Below, one piece after another: positions 19,801 through 29,701 of a DNA stretch of 64,000 nucleotides. Source of the DNA: an uncultured delta proteobacterium. GTDB lineage: Bacteria; Myxococcota_A; Polyangia; Polyangiales; Polyangiaceae. Numbering within the stretch: the first letter of the stretch is position 1; every line of letters starts with the position of its first letter. Where the stretch lies: the NCBI GenBank assembly GCA_963841435.1, contig CAWJCS010000003.1:352001-416000 (forward strand). The letters run 5' to 3'. Position numbers and translations under genes: made by a program. The notes under the pieces were generated by a model. It was not told where the DNA came from and ran no database searches. It saw only the letters and a list, made by a program, of their open reading frames with translations.

Positions 19801-21546
19801 ATGACTTTTCGCCCTCCCGATCCCGAGCCCGAAAAAGCGCGTGCGGCGCGCAAGAGCGGGCTCCAGCCACGCGCGCTCGGGCGCCTCGCCGGAGTCGCGC
19901 TCGGCGTCGGCGCGGCGATCGCCTGCGCGTACGTCGTCCCGGCGCTCGCGGCGCTGAGGCCCTGGGTTCCCGGCGACGGCTACGTGCCGTTCTGGAACGT
20001 CGTCGGCCGCGAGCTGCTCGGGGAGGGAAAGCGTGCCCAGGCCGAGCACGAAGCGCTCGAGCGACTCACCCGCGCCGCCATCGTGGAAACACCCCCCGTG
20101 GCGCCGCCGTCAGCGCTGCCCCCCGCGGAGCCCGAGCGGCTGATCCCGCCCTACACGGCGCCCGCGGGCGGTCCGCGACCGGACTTTCGTATCGAGCCGC
20201 CCACGGCGCTGGATGGGTTCTTCGAGAAGCTCACGCTCGTCGACTTGCACGTGTCGGGGGCCATCGCCCGCGCCGGCCATTGGGGCGATTCGGTGCTCGG
20301 CCTCGACGGCATCACGTCGAGCATCCGGCGCCGTCTGCAGAGCCGCTTCGGCGACGCCGGCCACGGCTTCCACCTGCTCGACCGCTACAACCCTTCCTAC
20401 CGGCACCAGGGCATCGAGTTCGAGCCCGGCGAAGGCTGGCTCCGCTGCCTCGTCATCAACGAGTGCAACAAGCAAGACCACCGCTACGGCTACGGGGGCC
20501 TCCTCGTGCGGTCGGCGGGCGGCGCCACCGCTGCATTCCACACTCCCAAGCAAGGCTTCGGTCAGGTGGTCTCGCGCTTCGAGCTCTGGTACGCGCGCCA
20601 ACCGAACGGCGGCGCATTCGAGATCACGATCGATCACGAGCGGAAAGAACGCGTGCCGACGCGCGGACCCGAGCTCGAGGACGCCTGGTACGAGGTACGG
20701 GTGCCGCCGGGACCGCACTCCTTCAACGTCCGCGCCGCGGGCGGCGGAGAGGTGCGCGGCTACGGCGCCGTGCTCGAGAACGACGGACCCGGCGTGGTGT
20801 GGGACGGCATGGCGCTGATCGGCGGCTCGACGCGCGGCCTGCGCACTCAGGACGTCGAGCACATTGCCACGCAGATCCGGCACCGCGACCTCGATCTCAT
20901 CGTGTTCATGTTCGGCGGCAACGACATGCAGCGAAACTACGTCAACCTCGAGACGTCGATGGAGCCCTATTACGACGAGTACCTGGACGTGCTCCGCCAC
21001 TTCCGCGCGAAAAAGCCGGGGCTCGCCTGTCTCGTCATGACACTCACCGATCACGGCAAGCGCCTCGCCGACGGCAACATCGTGTCACGACCGTTCGCCA
21101 AGCAGCTTGCCACGGCCCAGCGCGAGATCGCGCGGCGCGCCGGCTGCGGGTTCTTCGACACCTACGAAGCGACGGGGGGCGAGGGCACCGTGGCTCGCTG
21201 GTTTCGTGCCCGTCCGCGCCTGGTGGCGCCGGATCTCGGTCACCCGACGAGCTTCGGGCACGAGATCATAGCGGGCCTTTTGACGGAGGCGCTGCTCGAC
21301 GGTTACGCCGACTACCGCCGTCGCGTCGCCGGCCGGCCCCTCGACGAGCTGACGAAGAGCCACGCCCCGTCGCTCGCGAAGCGCCGACCCGACGTGAGCC
21401 CCGGCGCCGACCCGCCCGCGGCGACGCCCGGCTCCGCCTCACCCGACGCGAGCGGCGCGGGCCAGCCCGACGCGGCTCAGAGCGCGCGCCCAGCTTCGGG
21501 CGACGGGGCCGACGGCGCCCGGGCCGCGCCGGCGGCTTCGCCCTGA
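19801..21546 (+). CDS. SGNH/GDSL-family protein (PatB/Ape1-like O-acetyltransferase or esterase)
   Basis: WGDS block I, QSRFGDAGHGF, FGGND block III, DLGH block V; directly downstream of the MBOAT gene. Confidence 0.78.
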   Translation: MTFRPPDPEPEKARAARKSGLQPRALGRLAGVALGVGAAIACAYVVPALAALRPWVPGDGYVPFWNVVGRELLGEGKRAQAEHEALERLTRAAIVETPPVAPPSALPPAEPERLIPPYTAPAGGPRPDFRIEPPTALDGFFEKLTLVDLHVSGAIARAGHWGDSVLGLDGITSSIRRRLQSRFGDAGHGFHLLDRYNPSYRHQGIEFEPGEGWLRCLVINECNKQDHRYGYGGLLVRSAGGATAAFHTPKQGFGQVVSRFELWYARQPNGGAFEITIDHERKERVPTRGPELEDAWYEVRVPPGPHSFNVRAAGGGEVRGYGAVLENDGPGVVWDGMALIGGSTRGLRTQDVEHIATQIRHRDLDLIVFMFGGNDMQRNYVNLETSMEPYYDEYLDVLRHFRAKKPGLACLVMTLTDHGKRLADGNIVSRPFAKQLATAQREIARRAGCGFFDTYEATGGEGTVARWFRARPRLVAPDLGHPTSFGHEIIAGLLTEALLDGYADYRRRVAGRPLDELTKSHAPSLAKRRPDVSPGADPPAATPGSASPDASGAGQPDAAQSARPASGDGADGARAAPAASP

Positions 21547-23036
21547 CGTTCGTGCGATAGATCGTAGCGGCGCATGAGGGCATCGCCGATCGCTGCCGCG
21601 GCGCGCACGTACCCGAGCCGGGTCAGGTGGATGAGATCGCTGCTCGCGAGCGGCGGCTTCGAGGCGGCCCACGTGCGGATCGTCCCGGCGCCGCCCATGA
21701 AGGCGTAGCCGTCCCAGAACGCGCAGCCGAGCTCTTCGGACAGCCGACGCTGGGCGGCGATGATGCCGACGAGCCGCGCGCGCGCCGAGCTCGCAACGTC
21801 GAAGGGCGCGATGAAAAGGCAGCTTGCGGCGGGCGCCGCGCGCCGCAGGCGGGCGAGCACCGCGCGCACGTCGGCCTCGTACACGGAGGGGCGTTCCGCA
21901 CCGTCGAACGCCTCGTTCGTCCCGTAGGCGAACGTCACGAGGTCGGGGTTCCGGTGCCGCACGGCTTCGACGAAGCTATCGTCCTGCCAACGCAGGCTGT
22001 CGGCCATGCGCGAGCCGCCGATGCCGAGCGTGTCGAGCACGACGCCCGGCGCTTCCGTCTCGGCAACGATGCCGAACAACCGCACGGGCCCATCGCCGAG
22101 AAGCTGGACGCGGAGCGTGTGCGCGCCGGGAGCCGCTGAGAACGCGTAGTAGGCGCCGCCCGCTCGGGACGCGGCCGTGGAAACGCGAACGAGTGGCTTG
22201 CCGTCGAGCTGCAAGCGAAAGCTGCCCCCGCGAGGCTGTGCGAAATACTCGATCTCGAAACGCGTGTTCGGGGAGTCATCGTCGATGACGACCTCCGCGT
22301 AGCCGTCGGCGTTCCGACCGACGAGCGCGGCGCCGAAGAGCCCCAGCGGCTCCGCGTCGCCGCTCAGCTTGTAGCGCGCGTGGTGGACCTCGAGGGCATG
22401 CTGGCGCGCGTGCACGTCGAGCGTCCGGTGCCAGCGATTGACGCGCCCGAGCAACACGAAGCCGCGCCCGCCGTCGCCGAAACGCCCCTGGAGGTAGGCT
22501 CTCAGGTATCCCGGGTAAATGTCGGCCTGGGTGTGGGATGCACCGTAGGCGAGGATACGAACCTTGCCGTCCTCGTCCTCGCCCACGGCGAGCCGTGCGA
22601 GCGCCTCGTGGAAGTGGGCGAGCGCGGCGTCGTTCTCGATGGGCACGACGTGAGCCGCCGGCAGAGGGCGCGAGCCAACGGGGCTCGAGCTCGCGGCGAC
22701 GTCGTCGACGGCCCCGGCTTCGAGTGCCTCCTTGCGAGCGAGCACGTGACCTTCGGCGAGGCGCCGCACACGGATGAGCTCATCGCTCGGTTCGGGCCAG
22801 AGGGGCGGCGGCTCGAGCTCACCATCGCTGGGCGCCGCGTTGCTCGCCGCTCTGCCCGGCTTCTCGCTGCTTGCTCCTCGCGCCGTGGCTGCGCTCGGCG
22901 AGGCGATGCGCTCACCCACACCCGGAGCGTCGATTTTCGCGGGCTGTCGCTCGGTGTGGAAGAGCGCGGCGGAGCAACCCGTGAACAGAAAGAACAGCGG
23001 GAGGTTCTGCCAGAGGGCCCGAGGCGTCAGGGTCAC
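21477..23036 (-). CDS. Second SGNH/GDSL-family lipoprotein (PatB/Ape1-like)
   Basis: FTGC lipobox; YGASHT, QGRFGDGGRGF, YGTNE and SDLIHLT motifs; start approximate. Confidence 0.75.
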   Translation of the reverse strand: MTLTPRALWQNLPLFFLFTGCSAALFHTERQPAKIDAPGVGERIASPSAATARGASSEKPGRAASNAAPSDGELEPPPLWPEPSDELIRVRRLAEGHVLARKEALEAGAVDDVAASSSPVGSRPLPAAHVVPIENDAALAHFHEALARLAVGEDEDGKVRILAYGASHTQADIYPGYLRAYLQGRFGDGGRGFVLLGRVNRWHRTLDVHARQHALEVHHARYKLSGDAEPLGLFGAALVGRNADGYAEVVIDDDSPNTRFEIEYFAQPRGGSFRLQLDGKPLVRVSTAASRAGGAYYAFSAAPGAHTLRVQLLGDGPVRLFGIVAETEAPGVVLDTLGIGGSRMADSLRWQDDSFVEAVRHRNPDLVTFAYGTNEAFDGAERPSVYEADVRAVLARLRRAAPAASCLFIAPFDVASSARARLVGIIAAQRRLSEELGCAFWDGYAFMGGAGTIRTWAASKPPLASSDLIHLTRLGYVRAAAAIGDALMRRYDLSHERQGEAAGAARAPSAPSPEAGRAL

Positions 23037-23101
23037 TACCTTGAAAATACGGCTCCCACCGGCAAAGGGCCAATCCTTGTGCCTAGCTGCTAGGGTGGGA
23101 C

Positions 23102-24187
23102 ATGGTGCGCTCCGTGCCCGGCACCGCGCCCCGCCTCCTCCGCGCTGGGCTTTTCTTCTGCTTTCCCCTCGCCTGCGGCCCCGAGAGCCGTCCGGGAGCG
23201 GCGGTGTCCACTCCCGCCCCCGCTCGAGCTTCGGCAACCGCGTCGCCGCCCTCGAGCGACGCTCCGCCCCCGCCGACGGTTCCCGCTCTGGCAAAAAAAA
23301 GCGCCCCCACACGGCCGCCTGGCCCGGCGTTTCCGCCGCCGGATGTCGCGCTGACCTCGGAGCGCTCGGCGAGCGCGAGCGACGGACGCTGGGTGCCGCT
23401 CACGCAGAAGGACGGCAGCGCGACCACGCTCTACCAGACCACCGTCCATCCGCATCCCAATAGCCCGTACGTGAGCGTCACCCTCGTCGCCATCGATCTC
23501 AGGCGACTGGAGATCGGCTTTCGCCCGGGCAAGGGTGACGTGCCGAGCGGTCCCCTGCCCTTCGCGCCGGGTCTCGTGCCGCGCGAAGCTCGCGACCGAC
23601 TCGTCGCCGTGTTCAACGGTGGCTTTCAACCACGTCATGGTCACTGGGGCATGAAGCTCGGCGACACGACCGTGGTGCCGCCGCGTCCCGACGGTTGCAC
23701 GATCGCGCTCTACGGCGACGGCGCCGTGCGCATCCGCTCGCATGCCATTCTCACGCCCACGCTGGCCGAGATGGTCGCGCTGCGCCAGACGCCCCCCTGC
23801 TTGCTCGAACAGGGTAGCCTCCATCCCGATCTGGTGCGCGGCCGCGACAAGCGCTGGGGCGGGCACACCGAGGGGCTCGTGACGCGGCGCCGCTCGGCGC
23901 TCGGCATCGACCCCTCCGGCGAGGTGCTCTTTTACGCCGTGGGCATGGAAGCGACGCCGAAGCGCCTGGCCGAAGCACTCGCCAGCGCGGGCGCCGCCGA
24001 CGCCGCCGAGCTCAACGTCAACTGGAACTGGACACGTTTCTTGCTCTTCGAGCACTCCCCGTCGGGTGCCGTCGAGGCGACGACGAGCCTCGTCGAGGTC
24101 GAGTACGGAAAGAGCGAGTACGCGACTTTGCCGTCGGAGCGCGACTTTTTCTACCTGCTCCGGCGCGACGCGTCGACCGGGCCGTGA
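23102..24187 (+). CDS. Lipoprotein, phosphodiester-glycosidase-like
   Basis: Lipobox PLAC; Pro-rich linker; AVFNGGF, TRRRSALG and AAELNVN motifs. Confidence 0.55.
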   Translation: MVRSVPGTAPRLLRAGLFFCFPLACGPESRPGAAVSTPAPARASATASPPSSDAPPPPTVPALAKKSAPTRPPGPAFPPPDVALTSERSASASDGRWVPLTQKDGSATTLYQTTVHPHPNSPYVSVTLVAIDLRRLEIGFRPGKGDVPSGPLPFAPGLVPREARDRLVAVFNGGFQPRHGHWGMKLGDTTVVPPRPDGCTIALYGDGAVRIRSHAILTPTLAEMVALRQTPPCLLEQGSLHPDLVRGRDKRWGGHTEGLVTRRRSALGIDPSGEVLFYAVGMEATPKRLAEALASAGAADAAELNVNWNWTRFLLFEHSPSGAVEATTSLVEVEYGKSEYATLPSERDFFYLLRRDASTGP

Positions 24188-25470
24188 GCAGTCGCCGGCG
24201 GATGTGCCTCGTCGGGAGCGAGCGCGGCCGCTCGGCGACGGAGCACGGCTTGCTCGCGCGCGTTCTTCGTGAGCGACGCCGCCCGCTCGAACTCCGCGCG
24301 CGCCTCGGCCGAACGCCCGAGCTTTTCGAGCAGGTCACCGCGAACCGCGGGTAGATGATGGTACGCGGCCAGCGCCGACTCGGAGCAGAGCGGGTCGACG
24401 ATGGCGAGGCCCGCCAACGCTCCCTCGGCCATGCCGACCGCGACGGCGCGATTGAGCTCGACGACGGGCGAGGGCATGACGCGTGCAAGCGCCGCGTAGA
24501 ACGCCGCGATGCGCGCCCAATCCGTGTCGCCCGGCGTCGTGGCGCTCGCATGACAGGCGGCGATCGCCGCTTGCAGCGCGTACGGCCCCGCCGCGCCGCC
24601 GAGCTCTTGCGCACGAGCCAGCGCGGTGAGCCCGCGCGCGATCAAGAGCTTGTCCCAGCGCGCGCGATCCTGTTCGAAAAGGAGCACGGGCTCGCCGTCG
24701 GGTCCGAGGCGCGCCGCGGTGCGAGAAGCCTGGAGCTCCATCAGCGCGACGAGGCCGTGGACCTCGGGCTCGGCGGGCGCGAGCTCCGCGAGGATGCGAC
24801 CGAGCCTGAGTGCGTCCTCACACAGACCGGGCCTGAGCCAGTCTTCGCCGGTCGTCGCCGAGTAGCCCTCGTTGAAAATCAGATAGATGACCTCGAGCAC
24901 GGAGGCGAGCCGCCCCGCGAGCTCCGGACCGCGCGGCACTTCGAACGGCACGCGCTCGACGGACAGCGTGCGCTTGGCGCGGACCAGCCGCTGCGCCACC
25001 GTCGGCTCGGGCACGAGGTAGGCGCGCGCGATCTCCTCGGTCGTGAGCCCTCCGAGCAAGCGGAGCGTGAGCGCGACCCGCGCTTCGGTCGAGAGCACCG
25101 GGTGGCAGGCCGTGAAAATCAGCCGCAAAAGGTCGTCGCCGATGTCGTCGTCGGCCGCGTTTTCGATGCCGCTCTCGTCGGGCGCCGTCGCATCGAGCAT
25201 GGCGCCGAGCTCTTCGTGCTTGCGTTCGAGCCGCTTGCGCCGGCGAAGCTCGTCGATCGCGCGGCGCTTGGCTGCGGCCATCAACCAGGCGCCCGGATTG
25301 TCCGGCACGCCGACCTCGGGCCAGCGCTCGAGCGCCACGACGAGCGAATCCTGTGCGAGCTCTTCGGCGAGCCCCACGTCACCCAGCATGCGCGCGAGGC
25401 CCGCGATGAGCCGCGGCGACTCGATGCGGAACACGGCTTGGATCGCGCGGTGCGTGTCGGAAGCCGCCAC
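24151..25470 (-). CDS. ECF sigma factor with C-terminal TPR-like extension (ECF42-type)
   Basis: LAEELAQD, DDLLRLIFTACHP, LTLRLLGGLTTEEIARAYL and YLIFNEGY motifs; adjacent to DGPF genes. Confidence 0.9.
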   Translation of the reverse strand: MAASDTHRAIQAVFRIESPRLIAGLARMLGDVGLAEELAQDSLVVALERWPEVGVPDNPGAWLMAAAKRRAIDELRRRKRLERKHEELGAMLDATAPDESGIENAADDDIGDDLLRLIFTACHPVLSTEARVALTLRLLGGLTTEEIARAYLVPEPTVAQRLVRAKRTLSVERVPFEVPRGPELAGRLASVLEVIYLIFNEGYSATTGEDWLRPGLCEDALRLGRILAELAPAEPEVHGLVALMELQASRTAARLGPDGEPVLLFEQDRARWDKLLIARGLTALARAQELGGAAGPYALQAAIAACHASATTPGDTDWARIAAFYAALARVMPSPVVELNRAVAVGMAEGALAGLAIVDPLCSESALAAYHHLPAVRGDLLEKLGRSAEARAEFERAASLTKNAREQAVLRRRAAALAPDEAHPPATAHGPVDASRRSR

Positions 25471-25523
25471 GGCTTCCGATCACAGCACCTTCTCCCGCGG
25501 GCGCAAGCCCGCCGGTCGTGCCG

Positions 25524-25910
25524 TCAGAACCGCGCGGCTTCTCGCACGTCGCTCGGAAAGTCCGAGAGCTCCTGGACCCTGCGCACCTCGATGGTGTCGC
25601 CGGCGCCGGCGGGGCAGCGCTTGGCCCATTCGACGGCCTCCTCCTGCGATTTGACCTGGAGGATCCAGTACCCGCCGAGTACCTCCTTGACTTCGGCGAA
25701 GGGGCCGTCGGTCACGGTGGGCTTGCCGCCCGCGAACGAGACGCGCGCGCCCGTCGAGGGCGGGTGCAAGCCGTCGAGCGACAGCAGCACTCCCGCCCTG
25801 TTGAGCGAATCGTTGTACTTGGCCATCTGGGCCACGAGGTCCGCGGGCGGCAGCGTACCCGGGGCGGCCGTTTCGTATCCCTGGGGGATCATCAACAGCA
25901 TGAAGCGCAT
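25524..25910 (-). CDS. YciI/DGPF-domain protein
   Basis: VTDGPFAEVKEVLGGYW...EAVEWAKRCP. Confidence 0.9.
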   Translation of the reverse strand: MRFMLLMIPQGYETAAPGTLPPADLVAQMAKYNDSLNRAGVLLSLDGLHPPSTGARVSFAGGKPTVTDGPFAEVKEVLGGYWILQVKSQEEAVEWAKRCPAGAGDTIEVRRVQELSDFPSDVREAARF

Positions 25911-25939
25911 GGCGTGGGTCCTTTCCTCGAAAGGCGGGC

Positions 25940-26833
25940 TCAGCAAGCCTGGCGACGGGCGATCTCGTCGCGCAACGCCTGCTCTCGCTCACGAAGCTTT
26001 TCGCCCTCTTCGCCGGGCGCGACTTCCTCGATCTCGAAGACGTGCCGGATCTCGATGCGTCCTTCGTCGGCCGCCGCACCTTCGACGTGAATCTCGAGCC
26101 AGCGCTTGGCGAGCTCGACGACCTCGTCACGTGACGCCGCCTGCACGGTGATGTAGCCAGCGACCATCTCCTTCGACTCGGCGAAGGGCCCATCGACGAC
26201 GCGGCACGCCCCCCCCTTTTTCACCACGCGTGCCCCCGTGGCACTCGGCTTGAGGCCCTCGCCGCCCAGCATCGCCCCACGCGCAACGAGATCCTGCATC
26301 AGGGCGCCCATCTTCTCGAGCACCTCCGGACGCGGCAGCTCACCGCTTTCCGTCGCGCGATCGGACTTCAGCAGCGCGAGATAGCGCGCCGTGCCGGGCT
26401 TGCGCGGCGCCGGTTCCGTCTCGGCGGTCTCGCGAGCCGCGAGCTCCTGGTCGCGCCAACCACCGGAGCGCTCGCTATCGTCGACGGGGAAATCCGCAGT
26501 CTCGTAGAGCTCGCGGATCTCGACCTCCCCGAAGTCACCGGGCACCTGCCTCGCCCACTCGAGCGCTTCTGCCTTTTCGCCCACCCGGATGAGCCAGTAG
26601 CCCGCGATCAGCTCCTTTGCCTCGCCGAACGGACCGTCGGTCACGGTCAGCTTGCCGTCGCAGAGCTCAACGATGGCGCCGTCCGAGGACGCGTGGAGCC
26701 CTTCCCCCTCCAAAAGCACGCCCGCCTTGGCCATCTTCTCGTTGAACGCGCCCATTGCCTCGAGAACCTCGGCGCTCGGCATGGCACCTGCCTCGGTCGC
26801 GGCATCGCTCTTCACCATCATCATGAATCGCAT
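25940..26833 (-). CDS. Tandem two-domain YciI/DGPF protein
   Basis: Two DGPF motifs (TDGPFGEAKELIAGYW; VDGPFAESKEMVAGY); RBS AGGAG upstream. Confidence 0.88.
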   Translation of the reverse strand: MRFMMMVKSDAATEAGAMPSAEVLEAMGAFNEKMAKAGVLLEGEGLHASSDGAIVELCDGKLTVTDGPFGEAKELIAGYWLIRVGEKAEALEWARQVPGDFGEVEIRELYETADFPVDDSERSGGWRDQELAARETAETEPAPRKPGTARYLALLKSDRATESGELPRPEVLEKMGALMQDLVARGAMLGGEGLKPSATGARVVKKGGACRVVDGPFAESKEMVAGYITVQAASRDEVVELAKRWLEIHVEGAAADEGRIEIRHVFEIEEVAPGEEGEKLREREQALRDEIARRQAC

Positions 26834-26896
26834 CGGACTTCTCCTGGTTTGGGGCCGAGCTGCCGGCGGAGGCCTGAGCGCTCGGTCTACTCTGGC

Positions 26897-26923
26897 GACG
26901 AACGAGGTCCCGAGCTTTCGACA
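26897..26923 (-). promoter_or_regulatory. Candidate ECF42-type autoregulatory promoter TGTCGA-N17-CGTC
   Basis: Minus strand reads TGTCGA aagctcgggacctcgtt CGTC, about 65 nt upstream of the DGPF-DGPF-sigma operon. Confidence 0.65.
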
Positions 26924-26972
26924 CGCCCGAAGCGATTTCTCAATTTTTCCTCAAAACACCAAAATCATTGGG

Positions 26973-27079
26973 GGATCGCCCGCAGGCCGCGCCGAGCACC
27001 ACCGACAGGACGAGCCAAACGTTACGGCGTGACATCGAGGAACGCTCCACTCGCTGCGTGGTAACCGAGCAGAGCGTGC
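26973..27079 (-). pseudogene. Terminal remnant module: last codons of the large gene plus the signal peptide of a sixth lipoprotein copy
   Basis: ...TACCACGCAGCGAGTGGAGCGTTCCTCGATGTCACGCCGTAA, then MSRRNVWLVLSVVLGAACGRS (ATG at 27035); homology ends at about 26973. Confidence 0.85.
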
Positions 27080-27518
27080 TCACGGTGGGCAGCAGCATTG
27101 GCGGCAGCAGGGACCTCCCGGCATCGGGCAGTCTGGAGGGCCAGGAGCGAACTGACAGTACGCCTGACCAATGGTGCAGCTGCTGCACCCCGCCTCCATC
27201 GCTCCGGTTACATCGCCAGCGTTGCAATTCACTGTGAGCCCTTCCGCGCACGCTTCAAAATCGGCGACGACACATCGCAGCGCTCGCCAGCCCGACTGTC
27301 CCGCGGCACCCGACCCCCCGCTCTCGCCTCCCTCGCCCGGCACCCGCGCCGCCCGAGGGCGAGCCCGCGCCCGCCGCTGCGCCTCCGCCGACGCTACCAC
27401 CCATGCCGCCTGCCCCCGGCAGACCTGCCGAAGCGCCGGCGCCGCCGCCGTTGCTCGAGCGCCCGCAGGCCGCGCCGAGCACCACCGATAAGACGAGCCA
27501 AACGTTACGGCGTGACAT
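27080..27518 (-). pseudogene. Cys-rich lipoprotein cassette, variant C (linker deletion causes a frameshift near 27335)
   Basis: 439 nt from ATG to stop; signal and linker lie in one frame, WRALRC...CCRQCCCPP in another. Confidence 0.85.
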
Positions 27519-27659
27519 CGAGGAATGCTCCGCTCGCTGCGTGGTAGCCGATCGGCGTCGGGGGGCTCGTCGCCGGATCCGTGCCACGCACACTGTCGTC
27601 GCGATGTTTCGTCGCCGAAGCGTCGAGGCTAGAACTGCACGCCGTCCGCACCGCGCTCA
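27505..27659 (-). pseudogene. Short spacer ORF ending in the C-terminal peptide of the large protein
   Basis: VSAVRTAC...SVRGTDPATSPPTPIGYHAASGAFLDVTP*. Confidence 0.7.
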
Positions 27660-28304
27660 CGGCGGGCAGCAGCATTGCCGGCAGCACGCAGATCCCAGGA
27701 TGGCGCAGTCAGGAGGGGCTGGTGGCCCCTGGCAGTAGGCTTGACCGATGGTGCAGCTCTCGCAGCCCGCGCCCATCGCCGCAGGCACGTCCGCGGCGTT
27801 ACAGTTGACACTGAGCAAGCCATCACCGCACACGAGCTGAAGGTCGGTGGCCACGCAGCGCAACGCCCGCCAACCCGACTCTCCCGCAGCACCCGAGCCG
27901 GCTCCACTCTCACCCCCATGGCCCGCACCTCCGCCGACGACCGCGCCCGTGCCGCTCTGCCCCGCCCCACCTCCGCTGCCGCTGCCCGCACCCATCCCAC
28001 CTCCGCCTCGGCCGGCGCCTCGCCCCGCGCCACCCGTCTCGCTGCCGCCTCGCCCGCCCCGGGCGCTCGCACCGCCGGAAGGCGAGCCCGCACCAGCGTC
28101 CCCCGCACTCGCACCTCCGCGCGCGGCGCTGGACCCCGCGTTCCCTCCCTCCGGCGCCGCCCCCGCACCGCCCTGCGCGACGCCACCTGTGCCGCTCGAG
28201 GCCGACATCCCCCCTGACGCGCCGCTACCATCACCACTGCTCGATCGACCGCAGGCACCACCGACGGCGACCGCCAGCACGAGCCAAACGCTACGGCGTG
28301 ACAT
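27657..28304 (-). CDS. Cys-rich lipoprotein cassette, variant A' (215 aa)
   Basis: MSRRSVWLVLAVAVGGAC, Gly linker, 12-Cys domain ending CAILGSACCRQCCCPP. Confidence 0.85.
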   Translation of the reverse strand: MSRRSVWLVLAVAVGGACGRSSSGDGSGASGGMSASSGTGGVAQGGAGAAPEGGNAGSSAARGGASAGDAGAGSPSGGASARGGRGGSETGGAGRGAGRGGGGMGAGSGSGGGAGQSGTGAVVGGGAGHGGESGAGSGAAGESGWRALRCVATDLQLVCGDGLLSVNCNAADVPAAMGAGCESCTIGQAYCQGPPAPPDCAILGSACCRQCCCPP

Positions 28305-28625
28305 CGAGGAATGCTCCACTCGTTGCATGGTAGCCGATCGGCATCGGGGGGCTCGTCGCCGGATCCGTGCCACGCACACTGTCGTCGCGATGTCCCGGTG
28401 AGCGTTCGCGAAATCGATTGCTGGCTGCACGTTGCGGAACGGCGTCTCTCCGTTCGTTGCCAGCGCCGTACAGTCGTCGCCGTTCGGGGCTACGCGAATG
28501 CACGAGCTCGTCGAACCGCCGGTGCCGCCGGCGCCCGCAGCACCGCCCACCGCGGGCCCGCCCGAGCCAGCCATATCCCCGCCAGCCGTGCCGCCGGTGT
28601 CGCAAGCGACGCCTACTGCCGCCGT
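28291..28625 (-). pseudogene. Chimeric fragment: N-terminal piece of an unrelated secreted protein joined to the last codons of the large gene
   Basis: VGVACDTGG...CIRVAPNGDD...GETPFRNVQPAIDFA...TVCVA joined at GTGGCACGG to GTDPATSPPMPIGYHATSGAFLDVTP (other frame). Confidence 0.65.
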
Positions 28626-28735
28626 GGGCTGCGCTCGGTGACTCGGGCACGATGGCGCCGGTGAAACCGCAGGATCTGCGGGCTCCCTGAGTGGCCCCGC
28701 GGGCGTTGCGGGAGAAGTGGTTAAGTGGAGAGGCC

Positions 28736-29143
28736 ATGCTGACCTGGGCGCCGCTGGGTGCGCTGGTTGCGCTCCTCGCCACCGGTTGCGTCAGTACGGG
28801 CTTTGACAACTCCGCGCACGCCAAGTGGGAAACCCGACACTGGGCCCATCCGGGGATCCGACCGTGGCCGCTCGTTCTCTGGGTATACGGAGACGTGAAG
28901 GACCCGACCGGCGACCGCCCGATCGAGCGCTTTGCGCGAACGCTGGAGGAAGAACTCGTGGAACTCGGCAAAGTCCCTACCTCCGCGGCGTTGGTGCTCC
29001 GCGAAGCTGGAGTCGCGTCGCTGAGCGCGCTCCGCGCGAAGGTGCTGCGCTCGACGCGCGACCCGCAAGAGCGGGCGCGTTTGCTGGAGGGCCACCTCTC
29101 CCGCGGTTGGAGGATCAGCGACAAGATTGCTTCGATGTTTTAA
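28736..29143 (+). CDS. Hypothetical lipoprotein
   Basis: RBS GGAGAGG, ATG at 28736, MLTWAPLGALVALLATGC. Confidence 0.5.
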   Translation: MLTWAPLGALVALLATGCVSTGFDNSAHAKWETRHWAHPGIRPWPLVLWVYGDVKDPTGDRPIERFARTLEEELVELGKVPTSAALVLREAGVASLSALRAKVLRSTRDPQERARLLEGHLSRGWRISDKIASMF

Positions 29144-29257
29144 TCGCGGGCCCTAACACGGTCGGTCGGCGCCGGCGGGGGTTGCGATTGCGGCGCGCCT
29201 GTTAGAGTGCCGTCGTCCTCGTCCGTCACGGGTCAAGCGAAAAGGACGGCTCGGTGA

Positions 29258-29701
29258 TCAGGGAACGGACGGCGCCGGATCGGTCCAGGGATTGAACACC
29301 GGCGCGCCGGCGCGGGCGTAGTCGGCGCGGTCGCGCGAGACGACGGTGAGGCCGTGGTGCAGCGCCGTCGCCGCGATGATCAGATCGGGCTGCGAGAAGG
29401 TATGCCCTGTTTTACGTCCCTCCTCCACGAGCAACCTCCACTTGAACATCACGTCCTCGGTCACTTCGAGTACGCGCTGCTCGAACAGGGGCCGCACCTT
29501 GTGCGCGAGCCAGTCGTTGAGCGACGCACGACGCGCGTGGTCCGTGACAAGCTCAATGCCGAACCTGATCTCCGCGAAGGTGACCGAGCTGACATAGAGC
29601 AGTTCGATCGGCTGCGCCGCGACGAAGCTGACGACCTTCCGCTCGGGTTTTGGCCGGCGGAGCTCCGAGAGGACGTTCGTGTCGAGAAGCCAGCCGGTCA
29701 C
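29258..29701 (-). CDS. vapC: PIN-domain toxin (VapC family)
   Basis: WLLDTNVLSEL, SSVTFAEI and DLIIAATALHHGLTVVSRD motifs; GTGA overlap with the antitoxin. Confidence 0.93.
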   Translation of the reverse strand: MTGWLLDTNVLSELRRPKPERKVVSFVAAQPIELLYVSSVTFAEIRFGIELVTDHARRASLNDWLAHKVRPLFEQRVLEVTEDVMFKWRLLVEEGRKTGHTFSQPDLIIAATALHHGLTVVSRDRADYARAGAPVFNPWTDPAPSVP

